A stretch of 64,000 nucleotides of DNA from an uncultured Alphaproteobacteria bacterium (GCA_963729965.1 CAVSPX010000003.1:15917-79916), one strand, 5' to 3'. Shown: positions 8,823-17,790, counted from the first letter of the stretch. The notes: generated from the sequence alone by a model not told the origin. Numbers and translations: made by a program.

Positions 8823-10496
8823 TTAGTTGGACCCGTCCAGCAGCCGCCGCGCGATGACCTGCGCCTGAATCTCGGCGGCGCCCTCGAAAATGTTGAGGAT
8901 GCGCGCGTCGCACAGAATCCGCGACACCGGGAACTCGATCGCAAAGCCGTTGCCGCCGTGGATCTGCACGGCATTGTCCGCCGCCGACCAGGCGACGCGC
9001 GCGGCCAGAAGCTTCGCCATGCCGGCTTCCAGATCGCAGCGCCGCCCGGAATCCTTCTGCCGCGCCGCGTAATAGGTGAGCTGCCGCGCGATCATGATCT
9101 CGACCGCCATCATGGCGAGCTTGTCGGCGACGCGCGGAAATTTGGCGATCGGCCCGCCGAACTGCATGCGGCTCGTCGCGTAGCTGAGCCCTTGCTCCAT
9201 GGCGGCCTGCGCCACGCCGATGGCGCGCGCCGCAGTCTGGATGCGCGCCGCCTCGAACGTCGCCATCAGTTGTTTGAAGCCCTGCCCTTCGGCGCCGCCC
9301 AGAACATTGTCGGCGGCGACTTCGAAACCGTCGAACGCGATCTCGTATTCCTTCATGCCGCGATAGCCGAGTACCTCGATTTCGCTGCCCGACATGCCGG
9401 TGGCCGGAAACGGCTCGGCGTCGCTGCCGCGCGGCTTTTCGGCGAGCAGCATGGAGAGGCCGCGATAGCCGGTCTCGGCCGGATTGGTGCGAACCAGCAG
9501 CGTCATCAGATCGGCGCGCACCGGATGCGTGATCCAGGTCTTGTTGCCGTACACCTTGTAGGTTCCGCCCTCGCGCACCGCGCGGGTCTTCAGCGACGCG
9601 AGATCAGAGCCGGTATTGGGCTCGGTGAACACCGCGGTCGGCAACACTTCGCCGGAGGCGATCTTGGGCAGCCACTGGCGTTTCTGTTCGGCCGTGCCGC
9701 TGCCGAGAATGAGTTCGGCGGCGATCTCGGAGCGCGTGCCGAGACTGCCGACCCCGATATAGCCGCGCGACAGCTCTTCGGACACGACGCACATCGATTC
9801 CTTGCCGAGTCCGAGCCCGCCGTAATCCTCCGGGATGGTGAGGCTGAACACGCCGAGTTCGGCCATCTGGGCGATCACATCGAGCGGGATGTACTCGTTG
9901 TTGAGGTGCCATTCCTGCGCATGCGGCACCACCTTGTCGTCGGAGAATTTGCGCATCTCCTCGCGGATCGCATCGAGCGTGTCGTCGAGCGCGCAGGCGC
10001 CGACCGTCACATCGTTGCGCTCCCGCATCAGTTCGGCGAGCCGCGCCCGGTGCTCCGCCGTGTTGCCCGTCGCGATCAGCTGTTCGACCGCCGGCGTCAT
10101 GCGCGCCGCCGCGGCCGCGAGCGTCAGGCCCAGATCGGCCGGCCGCGCGATCTCGCCCTGGCTCATCGGAATGCCGCCGAACATCTGCGCCAGGTATTCG
10201 CCGGTGCCGATGCGGACCAACAGCTCTTCGGTCTCGCCAAGCCCGCCGGCCTCGACCAGCCGCTGCGCATAATCGGCAAGCTGCCGGACCGCCTCCACGT
10301 AGGTGGCGAACCAGGCGAGCCCATGGGCCGCGCGCTGCTCGCGGTCGAGCGCCCGCGGATCGGGGCGGCCGTCGCGCACGATGCGCTCGGCGACCGCCAG
10401 CCGGGCATCGGCCAGCAGCCCCTCGGCGGCCGTAACTCCTTGTTTCAGTGTTGTAATCAGTTCCAGTCCAGCGGGCATGGCGGCGCCAGGCGGCAT
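8823..10496 (-). CDS. acyl-CoA dehydrogenase family protein (long N-terminal extension type)
   Basis: 557 aa. Contains the ACAD middle and C-terminal blocks (TEPNTGSDLASLKTRA, YKVYGNKTWITH, QIHGGNGFAIEFPVSRILCDARILNIFEGAAEIQ). Start uncertain between two Met codons. Confidence 0.9.
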   Translation of the reverse strand: MPPGAAMPAGLELITTLKQGVTAAEGLLADARLAVAERIVRDGRPDPRALDREQRAAHGLAWFATYVEAVRQLADYAQRLVEAGGLGETEELLVRIGTGEYLAQMFGGIPMSQGEIARPADLGLTLAAAAARMTPAVEQLIATGNTAEHRARLAELMRERNDVTVGACALDDTLDAIREEMRKFSDDKVVPHAQEWHLNNEYIPLDVIAQMAELGVFSLTIPEDYGGLGLGKESMCVVSEELSRGYIGVGSLGTRSEIAAELILGSGTAEQKRQWLPKIASGEVLPTAVFTEPNTGSDLASLKTRAVREGGTYKVYGNKTWITHPVRADLMTLLVRTNPAETGYRGLSMLLAEKPRGSDAEPFPATGMSGSEIEVLGYRGMKEYEIAFDGFEVAADNVLGGAEGQGFKQLMATFEAARIQTAARAIGVAQAAMEQGLSYATSRMQFGGPIAKFPRVADKLAMMAVEIMIARQLTYYAARQKDSGRRCDLEAGMAKLLAARVAWSAADNAVQIHGGNGFAIEFPVSRILCDARILNIFEGAAEIQAQVIARRLLDGSN

Positions 10497-10635
10497 GTTG
10501 GCTCCAGCGAAAAATCAAACGGACCCCGGACGCCCAAGCTTACTCTTGCGCTGCAGCAAAGCCAACGCGCGGCGGCAGAAATGCACACCGGCAACCGCTG
10601 GAGCGCCCGTGACGCTGAGCGCGCCCGTTCAACCT

Positions 10636-10719
10636 CGTCATGGCCGGGCCTGTCCCGGCCATCCACGTCTTTGACCGGCCCAAAGTCGTGGATGCCCGCG
10701 ACAAGCGCGGGCATGACGG
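10636..10719. repeat. hairpin repeat pair of the GTCATGGCCGGGCCTGTCCCGGCCATCCACGTCTT family
   Basis: cgtcatggccgggcctgtcccggccatccacgtctttg ... aagtcgtggatgcccgcgacaagcgcgggcatgacgg. The same family occurs at 12898-13152. Confidence 0.7.
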
Positions 10720-10841
10720 GGCTTTGGTGCACGTCAGGGCGCAGAGTTCTTGCCAAATCTTAACCAATTTCCGCTTTCCTGGAGCCCGGGTACCGCGGCG
10801 TGGGGACAGCCGCGACCGATCACATCCGCGCGGGACGCCCA

Positions 10842-12866
10842 ATGCACATTCGCCAGCTCTTCGAAAGATTGTCGGTTCGCGCCCGCGTCGCCGCGCTCGG
10901 CGTGGTGCCGATCATCGGCTTCCTCGCCTACGGCATCGCCTACATGGCAAGCGACATCGAAGTCGGCCGCGCCTTCGACAGCGTGCGCCGCGACAACGCC
11001 GTGGTCGATGCCTCGAGCGACCTCAAAACCGGGCTGCTGGCGATGCGGCTCGCCACCGTGACATTCGTGACGCATCCGAGCAACTCCGAGGTCAAATCCT
11101 TCGACCAGGCGCAGCAGACGGCGATGAAATCGCTCGACCGCATCGAAGCGACGCTGACATCGCCGCAGCAGGACGTGATCACGCCGCTGCGCATCACCGT
11201 CCGCGACCTGAAAGCCAGCTTCGACAGCCTGGTCAACGCCCAGCGCGCGCTTGGCTTCAACGAAATGCAGGGCACGACCGCCGACCTGATCGCCGCCAGC
11301 GCCGCCATCGAGCACATCATCAACAACGAATTGACCTGGGTCGGCGATCACGATTCGGCAAGGCTTCTGGAATCGCTGCTCACCATGCGGCGCTACGAAG
11401 TCGAATACCGGTTGAGCCGGCTGCGCTTCTCGATGCAGCCGACGATGCGGTCGGGCGCGCCGGCCGCCGAGCAGCACTTCCTCGACGAAGTCAAACACTT
11501 CAACGCCATCTTTGATTCGGTCGACGGCCCGCCGGCGGCGAAGCAGAAGCTCAACAAGGCAGTGCAGACCTACAGCTACACGTTCGCCCAGTGGGTCGCC
11601 AACACCGACAACATCGAGCCGCTGCTGTCGCTGATCGACCACGACACCGAGAGCGTGCTGCCCGAGGCCGACAAGATCATCGCCACCGCGCAGCAGAACG
11701 CCGATGTCGCCGCAAACAGCCTGGCCGCGTCGCGCGCCCGCACCCAGTGGATCATCGCCTGGGTCGGCTTCGCCTTCGTCATGCTCGGGCTGCTCGCCGG
11801 CTGGGCTATCGGCCGCTCGGTGACGACGCCGCTCGAGGGGCTCGCCGAGGTGATGAAGCGGCTCGCCGGCGGCGACACCACTGCGCGCGTCCCCGCCACC
11901 GACGCCCGCCACGAGACCGGCGCCATGGCGCGCGCCGTGGTGGTGTTCCGCGACAACATGATCGAGCGCGAACGGCTGTCCGGCGTGCAGGCCGACACCA
12001 ATGCGGCGCGCGAGCGCCGCACCGAATCCATCGCCGCCATGATCGGGCAGTTCCGCACCTCGGTGGAAGCCGCGCTGGCGCGGCTGCGCGAATCCGCAAG
12101 CCGGCTGGAAGGCGCCTCGAGCGGGCTCAACCAGGCGGCCGACGCGGTGACGGCCGAAGCGCATTCCGCCGAGACCCGGGTCGGCGCCGCCTCGGTCAAC
12201 GTCACCACGGTGGCAAGCTCGATCGAGGAGCTCGCCGCCTCGATCGGCGAGATCGCCACCCAGGCCACCAAGTCGACCGAAGTCGCGAGCCGCGCGGTGG
12301 CCGAATCCAAGCGCACCGTCAACACCATGTCGGAACTGGGCAGCGCCGCCAACCGCATCGGCGAGGTGATCGGGCTCATCCAGGCCATCGCCGGCCAGAC
12401 CAACCTGCTCGCGCTCAACGCCACCATCGAGGCGGCGCGCGCCGGCGAAGCCGGCCGCGGCTTCGCGGTGGTCGCCTCCGAAGTCAAATCGCTCGCCGCG
12501 CAGACCGCGCGCGCCACCGAGGACATCGCCGCCCAGATCGGCTCGATCCAGTCGGCCACCGCCGACGCCGCGCAGGCCATCGAGCAGGTGTCGTCGATCA
12601 TCGACGACATGTCGATGATCGCCTCCACGGTCGCCGCCACCGTCGAAGAGCAGAACAACGCGGTGTCGTCGATCGCCGAAGGCGTCAACCGCGCCTCGCT
12701 CGAAGCCCGCAACGGCGCCGACGCCATGAGCCGCGTCGCCGGCGCCTCGACCGGCGCCCGCTCCACCGCCGCCGACGTCAAGGCGCTGGCCGACGCGCTC
12801 TCGGTCGAGGCCGAGAATTTGCAAGGCGAAGTGCGGCGCTTCCTGGCCGACGTGCAGGCGGCGTAA
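10842..12866 (+). CDS. methyl-accepting chemotaxis protein
   Basis: Start [10 protein letters not shown], then a TM helix and a second TM plus HAMP. Signalling hairpin [38 protein letters not shown]. Confidence 0.95.
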   Translation: MHIRQLFERLSVRARVAALGVVPIIGFLAYGIAYMASDIEVGRAFDSVRRDNAVVDASSDLKTGLLAMRLATVTFVTHPSNSEVKSFDQAQQTAMKSLDRIEATLTSPQQDVITPLRITVRDLKASFDSLVNAQRALGFNEMQGTTADLIAASAAIEHIINNELTWVGDHDSARLLESLLTMRRYEVEYRLSRLRFSMQPTMRSGAPAAEQHFLDEVKHFNAIFDSVDGPPAAKQKLNKAVQTYSYTFAQWVANTDNIEPLLSLIDHDTESVLPEADKIIATAQQNADVAANSLAASRARTQWIIAWVGFAFVMLGLLAGWAIGRSVTTPLEGLAEVMKRLAGGDTTARVPATDARHETGAMARAVVVFRDNMIERERLSGVQADTNAARERRTESIAAMIGQFRTSVEAALARLRESASRLEGASSGLNQAADAVTAEAHSAETRVGAASVNVTTVASSIEELAASIGEIATQATKSTEVASRAVAESKRTVNTMSELGSAANRIGEVIGLIQAIAGQTNLLALNATIEAARAGEAGRGFAVVASEVKSLAAQTARATEDIAAQIGSIQSATADAAQAIEQVSSIIDDMSMIASTVAATVEEQNNAVSSIAEGVNRASLEARNGADAMSRVAGASTGARSTAADVKALADALSVEAENLQGEVRRFLADVQAA

Positions 12867-12897
12867 CGCGGATCTGTTTGCTCGTCGCCTTTTTTTC

Positions 12898-13152
12898 CCG
12901 TCATGGCCGGGCTTGTCCCGGCCATCCACGTCTTTGGCAACTCGCAACGTTTAAGACATGGATGCTCGCGACAAGCGCGGGCGCCTCGCGCTGCTCGGAA
13001 TCGTCAGCGTTCCGGAACAGGTCGCCTTGGCGGGGAGAGGTCATGCTGGCCCGAATCCTCCGGCCGTCATGCCCGCGCTTGTCGCGGGCATCCACGTCTT
13101 AAGGCGCAAGCCGAACTAAAGACGTGGATGGCCGGAACAAGTCCGGCCATGA
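12898..13152. repeat. cluster of four hairpin repeats of the GTCATG(G/C)CCG..CATCCACGTCTT family
   Basis: Units at about 12898-12936, 12953-12985, 13066-13102 and 13116-13152, in alternating orientation. Confidence 0.75.
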
Positions 13153-13217
13153 CGGCGAAGGTGCGTCGCGCAAAAATCACAAAGCCTGTTCGGCGGAGCC
13201 ATTCGCCCGTTGTCAAA

Positions 13218-13246
13218 TTGATCAAAGGCCGGATGTCGCGTATAAG
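13218..13246 (+). promoter_or_regulatory. candidate sigma70-type promoter (TTGATC-17 nt-TATAAG) placing the transcript start at or next to the antitoxin ATG
   Basis: TTGATC at 13218-13223, 17-nt spacer, TATAAG at 13241-13246, ATG at 13253. No Shine-Dalgarno between the -10 box and the ATG. Confidence 0.3.
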
Positions 13247-13252
13247 CTATAC

Positions 13253-13555
13253 ATGGCTAAAGCAAAAGACTTCGATGTCGCCGAATACCTCGACTCCCCA
13301 GAAGCCATCGCCGCCTATCTGAGCGAGGCGTTCGAGTCCGGCGACGACAATCTCATTGCACGGGCATTGGGTGCCGTCGCTCGCGTCAAGGGTATGAAAG
13401 CTGTCGCCGAGGAGACCGGCCTCAATCGCGAAAATCTTTATCGCTCCTTGAGCGAAGGCGGCAGACCTGAACTCGGTACCGTTATGAAGGTTCTTGACGC
13501 GCTTGACGTTCAGCTGGTCGCAAAGCCCAAAGACGAGAGCCGAAAGGCCGCCTAA
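13253..13555 (+). CDS. addiction-module antidote protein (HigA-family HTH, 'putative addiction module antidote' type), with no cognate toxin
   Basis: 100 aa. MAKAKDFDVAEYLDSPEAIAAYLSEAFESGDDNLIARALGAVARVKGMKAVAEETGLNRENLYRSLSEGGRPELGTVMKVLDALDVQL, matching the conserved family pattern. Confidence 0.85.
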   Translation: MAKAKDFDVAEYLDSPEAIAAYLSEAFESGDDNLIARALGAVARVKGMKAVAEETGLNRENLYRSLSEGGRPELGTVMKVLDALDVQLVAKPKDESRKAA

Positions 13556-13570
13556 CCAAACCCGCGCCCC

Positions 13571-13867
13571 TCACGCCGCGTCCGCCGGCCGCACGCGCCG
13601 GCTGATCTCCGCGCCATGGTCGCGTTCGATTACCGCGATGTCATACTGACTTTGCAGGTCGAGCCAGAACTGCGGCCTGTTGCCTAAATAACGGCCGAGG
13701 CGAACGGCAGTATCGGCGCTGATTGCGCGGCGGCCGTTCAGGATATCGGTGATGCGTCCTGACGGCACGCCGATGTCGAGTGCAAGCCGGTTGGCGCTCA
13801 AGGCGCGTGCGCCCAATTCGCGCTTCAACAGACGGCCCGGATGCACGGCAGGAGACAGAGATTTCAT
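13571..13867 (-). CDS. higA: HigA/VapI-type antitoxin (XRE HTH)
   Basis: MKSLSPAVHPGRLLKRELGARALSANRLALDIGVPSGRITDILNGRRAISADTAVRLGRYLGNRPQFWLDLQSQYD. AAGGGG Shine-Dalgarno upstream of the ATG at complement 13865-13867. Confidence 0.85.
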   Translation of the reverse strand: MKSLSPAVHPGRLLKRELGARALSANRLALDIGVPSGRITDILNGRRAISADTAVRLGRYLGNRPQFWLDLQSQYDIAVIERDHGAEISRRVRPADAA

Positions 13868-13875
13868 CCTGGATT

Positions 13876-13980
13876 TCACCCCTTGTGATAGTCGACGATC
13901 TCGACTTCGTAGGCGTCGCCCTTGCGAACTCGAAACGAATGCGCCAACGTGGCGTAGTTAATTACGTCCTTGCGCGGCGG
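13876..13980 (-). pseudogene. higB: 3' remnant of higB toxin (only about the last 30 codons)
   Basis: My translation gives PPRKDVINYATLAHSFRVRKGDAYEVEIVDYHKG*, matching the HigB C-terminus (..WR.TFRF..GDAY.V...DYH). The frame is closed by TGA at 13981-13983, and no N-terminal two-thirds is present. Confidence 0.6.
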
Positions 13981-14280
13981 TCAATTTGTGATTGCCTCCC
14001 TGCGCAGGAAGTCATTGAAGTTAAGATGCTGAACGTCCTCGAGATCGCAAATGTCAGCCTCCTCTTCAACCTCCAGAACCAAATTGGCTTTGTTCGCTTT
14101 AACGCATTCGCCGATTGGGCCCGGCAGATGCTCAAGCTCCTCATATATCTCGGTGGTTATGGCGAACTTGCCAGCTTCAATGACCCTGGCAACTTTAATC
14201 CAAAGTGCTTGATGTATGTCCTCGGGCATAAACTCCAGAGGCGTGCTTAGGCCAGAAGTATCTGGGCAATAAGCCTTCAC
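13981..14280 (-). CDS. DUF4411-like (PIN-like) protein, probably C-terminally truncated
   Basis: 99 aa. MKAYCPDTSGLSTPLEFMPEDIHQALWIKVARVIEAGKFAITTEIYEELEHLP resembles the DUF4411 N-terminal half. It ends abruptly at the junction with the higB remnant. AT-rich codon usage. Confidence 0.5.
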   Translation of the reverse strand: MKAYCPDTSGLSTPLEFMPEDIHQALWIKVARVIEAGKFAITTEIYEELEHLPGPIGECVKANKANLVLEVEEEADICDLEDVQHLNFNDFLRREAITN

Positions 14281-15487
14281 GACCTAAAGCGATCCCGAAT
14301 CGCATCTAAGTGCGTAATATTCTTAATCCCCATGAATTCTGCGGCGTTGTGATTTGTAATGCTGCCATTCGACCACGCCTCCAGAACTAGGCCCGTATAC
14401 AGATCACCGCGCGATGTCCGATATCTGGAGCCATAATATTTTGCCCGGCCGCTAGATTTGTATGCCGCCTCTTGCGCCAGAAACTTTGCTCGCATCTCCT
14501 CCCAATAATAAGATGATCTAACGTATCCGAGATTAATCAGACGGATGAGCATGGCATGCCGACTAATAGCGAATGCCTTCGCGAATCTATCAAGTTCAAA
14601 GTCGCCGATCTTTGCGTGCGGCGCAGCTGGCTTCGTGAGTAGTCTTGCAAGCGCATCGAGAGGTACAAGAAAAGCGCCAGCGAAGGCGTCGCACCAATCC
14701 TCGATATGTTTGGCAGATGGAGCTGACGATCCAGGAAACCCACTAAGCGCACTTTGTCTCAGAACGACGTGCCCCAGCTCATGCGCAAGCGTGAACGCCT
14801 GCCCATTTGGCGCTTCATTTGTAAATACAATGACCGGAAGCGGCATGGCGAAAAAGCACATGCCTCGGCTTCCGAATTGAGCAAGGCCGGAATTCTTAAT
14901 GACAAGGATTCCCGCGTTCTCAAACTTGTGGCGGAGAATATTGACTAGACGATCCTTGTCCTTAGATTTGAGATTTATTTGCTCTTCGATGGAGAGCTTG
15001 AGAAATGATCGCGTCCGCGCTGCGACTATTTCGACGCTATCGTTTACCGTTGCAAAAAACTCTCGTGGGAGATTGGGGACCTCTTCGCCAAGGATATCAA
15101 AAAGATCCAACGCGTTGAGTTTGATTTCTTCGGCTTCAGCCTTGATAAAAAAAGCTCGTAATCTTCTTTCGGTGCCTCGACGCCTCTTTGCATCCGGAAA
15201 TCGGGAATAAACTCCGGCTCCTTTACCTTTGGACGCTCTCGGGAGAAAAATTCGAGGAACGGACGGTTATAGACTTCCGCAAGTTTGCGAGCTTGCCTGA
15301 CCGTCGGGACTTTTTGACCTCTCTCCCAATCCCTGAGCCGATCCGGCGTGACGCCAGCGCCAGCTGCAGCCGAGTCCTGGTCAAGACCAACGCGTTCACG
15401 TGCCCAAACGAGGACATCGCTATTGATAGGCATCTCGTGACGTTTCTTCGCGGCGCCGGCCATCAAGTTCTTCACTTCAACGGTCAT
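14277..15487 (-). pseudogene. XRE-HTH fused to ImmA/IrrE (M78) metallopeptidase, split into two ORFs by a -1 frame change in a T7 run
   Basis: ORF 15044-15487 holds the HTH (DVLVWARERVGLDQDSAAAGAGVTPDRLRDWERGQKVPTVRQARKLAEVY). ORF 14277-15110 holds the HEXXH motif (FTLAHELGHVVL). The -1 frame is open across the junction, and reading ...EDYELF(F)IKAEAEEIKLNALDLFD restores a single protein of about 403 aa. Confidence 0.7.
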
Positions 15488-15741
15488 GCAATCTGACCAC
15501 TATAACCGGAAAACTTTACCCCAGTTTGCCATGCGGCGCGCTACCTCCTGAACGAGTGCGGTTCCCGCGGGCGGGACGACGCATCCCGCTCCGGGGCAGC
15601 TTCAGGATAACGCCCCGCCGGCATCATGACCGGTCTGCGATGCAAGTCGCTGGACTGGGACAAGCGGAGACGGATAACGCCAGTCTCTTAGGGCCGTCGC
15701 AGAATCGCGCCGCCAACGCGCCTTAGTGCGGCCACCCGCTG

Positions 15742-15978
15742 TCAACGCCCACCAACGACCGCTCGCCCTTCCGCCGCATCGCCAAACCGCCGCTTGAACG
15801 ACATTGCGTCTGCCATGGTTCGAAAGCAGTAGCGGATCGTGTTGGCCGGCAGGTCGACGTACATGTCCCATTCCAAGGTTTGCCCTTCGAGCCAGTCGAG
15901 GACATCCATGGCGGCCTCGTCGAACGACAGCGCCACCTGAAACGGGAAGTCGCGGTTGATCTGCAGGATCGCGCCCAT
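15742..15978 (-). CDS. hypothetical small protein
   Basis: 78-aa ORF with protein-like composition (MGAILQINRDFPFQVALSFDEAAMDVLDWLEGQTLEWDMYVDL...). No family recognised. Confidence 0.4.
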   Translation of the reverse strand: MGAILQINRDFPFQVALSFDEAAMDVLDWLEGQTLEWDMYVDLPANTIRYCFRTMADAMSFKRRFGDAAEGRAVVGGR

Positions 15979-16820
15979 GCGCCATTGAGAACATATCAGG
16001 AACTACAGTCAATGGGGCGAGGCCTAGAGGGCTGTCGGGACGAGTGCCACCAGATATCGCGGGCCGGCCGCAAAACGCGCTCAAACCGCGGCGAATCCGT
16101 TCCGCCGCCGTTCACGGCGAACGAATCGGGGCTGGCTTTGGCGAGGCGATTCGCGGGTTAACAATGTGTGTGTGGATGATGACGGCCGCATGAGTGAGGC
16201 CGCGGGGCTTTGCCGGTCCGGTTCGCAGTGCCGATCAGCCCAACGGGTCCGGCTCGAACTGGCCGGTCCGATGAACAGGCTCCGATGTGATCCGCCGTCT
16301 CCGTCAGCCGCCTTCGTCACATGGAAATCGTGGATTGCGCTTTGGCTGATCCGTCCTGCGGCCCCGGCGGCACGCCGCGCACTGCCGCGAATCAAAAAAT
16401 GCCCGCACTCTCCGCGCCTTGACTACGAATCAAACAAATCAAGGCAGCCTGCCACAATCCCTGCGGCGCGAATCGAACAAACAGCGCGAGATGATTCTTT
16501 GTTGCATCAAGGGGATGGCTCGGGCCGGTGGAATTTCTTGAAATCGCGCCGCTTGGCGAACTAAAAGAACTCATCTCGCTCGTCTTGAGGGACGTCAACC
16601 GGTGACGGCCGATTGATGGAGCGGGAGCGGTGCCCGGGATGGGGCTCGTAACCTCGTCCGCGGGCGGTTCGGAAGCTCGCCCGGCCCGCCAACGCGGGTC
16701 TGCCAGGAGCTGGCTGCCCGGGGCGCGGATCGGTTGTCCGCGACCATGAAGCGCGAGACCGGACTGAGCCAAGGCCGAAAGGCTTTGGTGAGAGCCGCGG
16801 TAGAGCGCCGGAAGGCGAGC

Positions 16821-16872
16821 GGCCCCCACCCTGACCCTCCCCCGCGTGCGGGGGAGGGTCAGGGTGGGGGCC
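16821..16872. repeat. 25-bp perfect inverted repeat (GGCCCCCACCCTGACCCTCCCCCGC / GCGGGGGAGGGTCAGGGTGGGGGCC)
   Basis: Read directly. A GC-rich hairpin typical of Bradyrhizobium-type intergenic repeats. Confidence 0.7.
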
Positions 16873-17308
16873 GCGCCGTGAACCCGCCCAGCGGCAACGC
16901 TGCGATTGCGCGGAGCGGTCTCTCAGTACGCGCCTTTCGGCGCTCCGCCTCCCCTTATGTGTTTGGAGGCTCCGTTTCGTGCCGTGCAGCAAAACTCGGG
17001 CGCAAAGGCCGCGCCGCGAGAACGGGAGCGCATGCCTTCCGCCCCCGCACGCAGTGCGGGGGGGGACCATGCGAAGCATGGTGGAGGGGGCTTCTGACTC
17101 GACGCTTCGTTGTCGTCGAGGGAGGTTCGTCGCGGCCCGCGCCCTCTCCACCGCACTGCTGCGCAGCGCGGTCCCCCTCCCCCACTTGCGTGGGGGCGGA
17201 GGTGATGCGGCAGCGGCCAGTTTTTGCCATGATGGAGTTCTAGCTTGCGATATGACAATGCAATCTCTAACTTGAGTCATCCACAGCCAACCCAGAGAAG
17301 GAGCTCCC

Positions 17309-17554
17309 ATGAGCTTTTCGCAGACGGTGCCGGCGGTGACAGCGGCGATCGCGGCAGCGGTGCTGTTTGTTGCTGTGCCGGCTTCCGCACAGACCTCGGT
17401 AACGAAGCTGACCTCCAATATGGCCGGTCCGCACAGCAGCATGATGGCGAAGACCGAGGCCACGGCCGACGCACGGCCGTCGACCACGGCGCAGGCGCCG
17501 GGCGGCGACAAGGGCACCGGCCTGATGGCCAAGGCCGGCAATCAGCTGAAGTAA
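17309..17554 (+). CDS. small secreted hypothetical protein
   Basis: 81 aa. GAAGGAG Shine-Dalgarno 6 nt upstream, signal peptide ...AVLFVAVPASAQT, followed by a strong terminator. Confidence 0.5.
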   Translation: MSFSQTVPAVTAAIAAAVLFVAVPASAQTSVTKLTSNMAGPHSSMMAKTEATADARPSTTAQAPGGDKGTGLMAKAGNQLK

Positions 17555-17575
17555 GCGGTTACCGCTGTTGTTACG

Positions 17576-17613
17576 CGAAAGCCGAGCCAGGCTGGCTCGG
17601 CTTTCGTCGTTTT
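17576..17613 (+). terminator. rho-independent terminator
   Basis: 13-bp perfect stem cgaaagccgagcc / ggctcggctttcg with a 5-nt loop, followed by tcgtttt. Confidence 0.7.
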
Positions 17614-17790
17614 CCACGTCGTGCGCGGGCTCGACCGGCGCATCCATGCCGACCGGTCGCGACCGAGAGTGTCTGGCAGAGCCGCCGCAGCGTCTTCGCA
17701 GCATGGATTGCCGGGTCAAGCCCGGCAATGACGATTGGAGAGACGCGACTCTATTCGATCGAGACTAGACCTGAGAGTCGACCGGCCCGC

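Noticed and set aside
8958-10763. 601-aa plus-strand ORF antisense to the acyl-CoA dehydrogenase
   Set aside because: Arg/Gly/Ala-rich nonsense translation. The minus strand carries clear ACAD motifs.
10734-12947. 737-aa minus-strand ORF covering the whole chemoreceptor gene
   Set aside because: This is a shadow ORF typical of high-GC DNA. Its translation is a low-complexity R/G/A/D/H-rich string with no motifs, whereas the plus strand encodes a textbook MCP.
16440-16500. tRNA-like string GCGAATCGAAC suggesting a T-arm on the minus strand
   Set aside because: The flanking bases do not form T-stem or acceptor-stem pairing, and no anticodon arm could be folded. No tRNA is called.
16561-17541. 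326-aa minus-strand ORF across the hairpin-repeat region
   Set aside because: Its translation runs through palindromic REP-like repeats (..GPHPDPPPHAGEGQGGG..) and overlaps the better-supported small secreted protein gene on the other strand. It is not protein-like.
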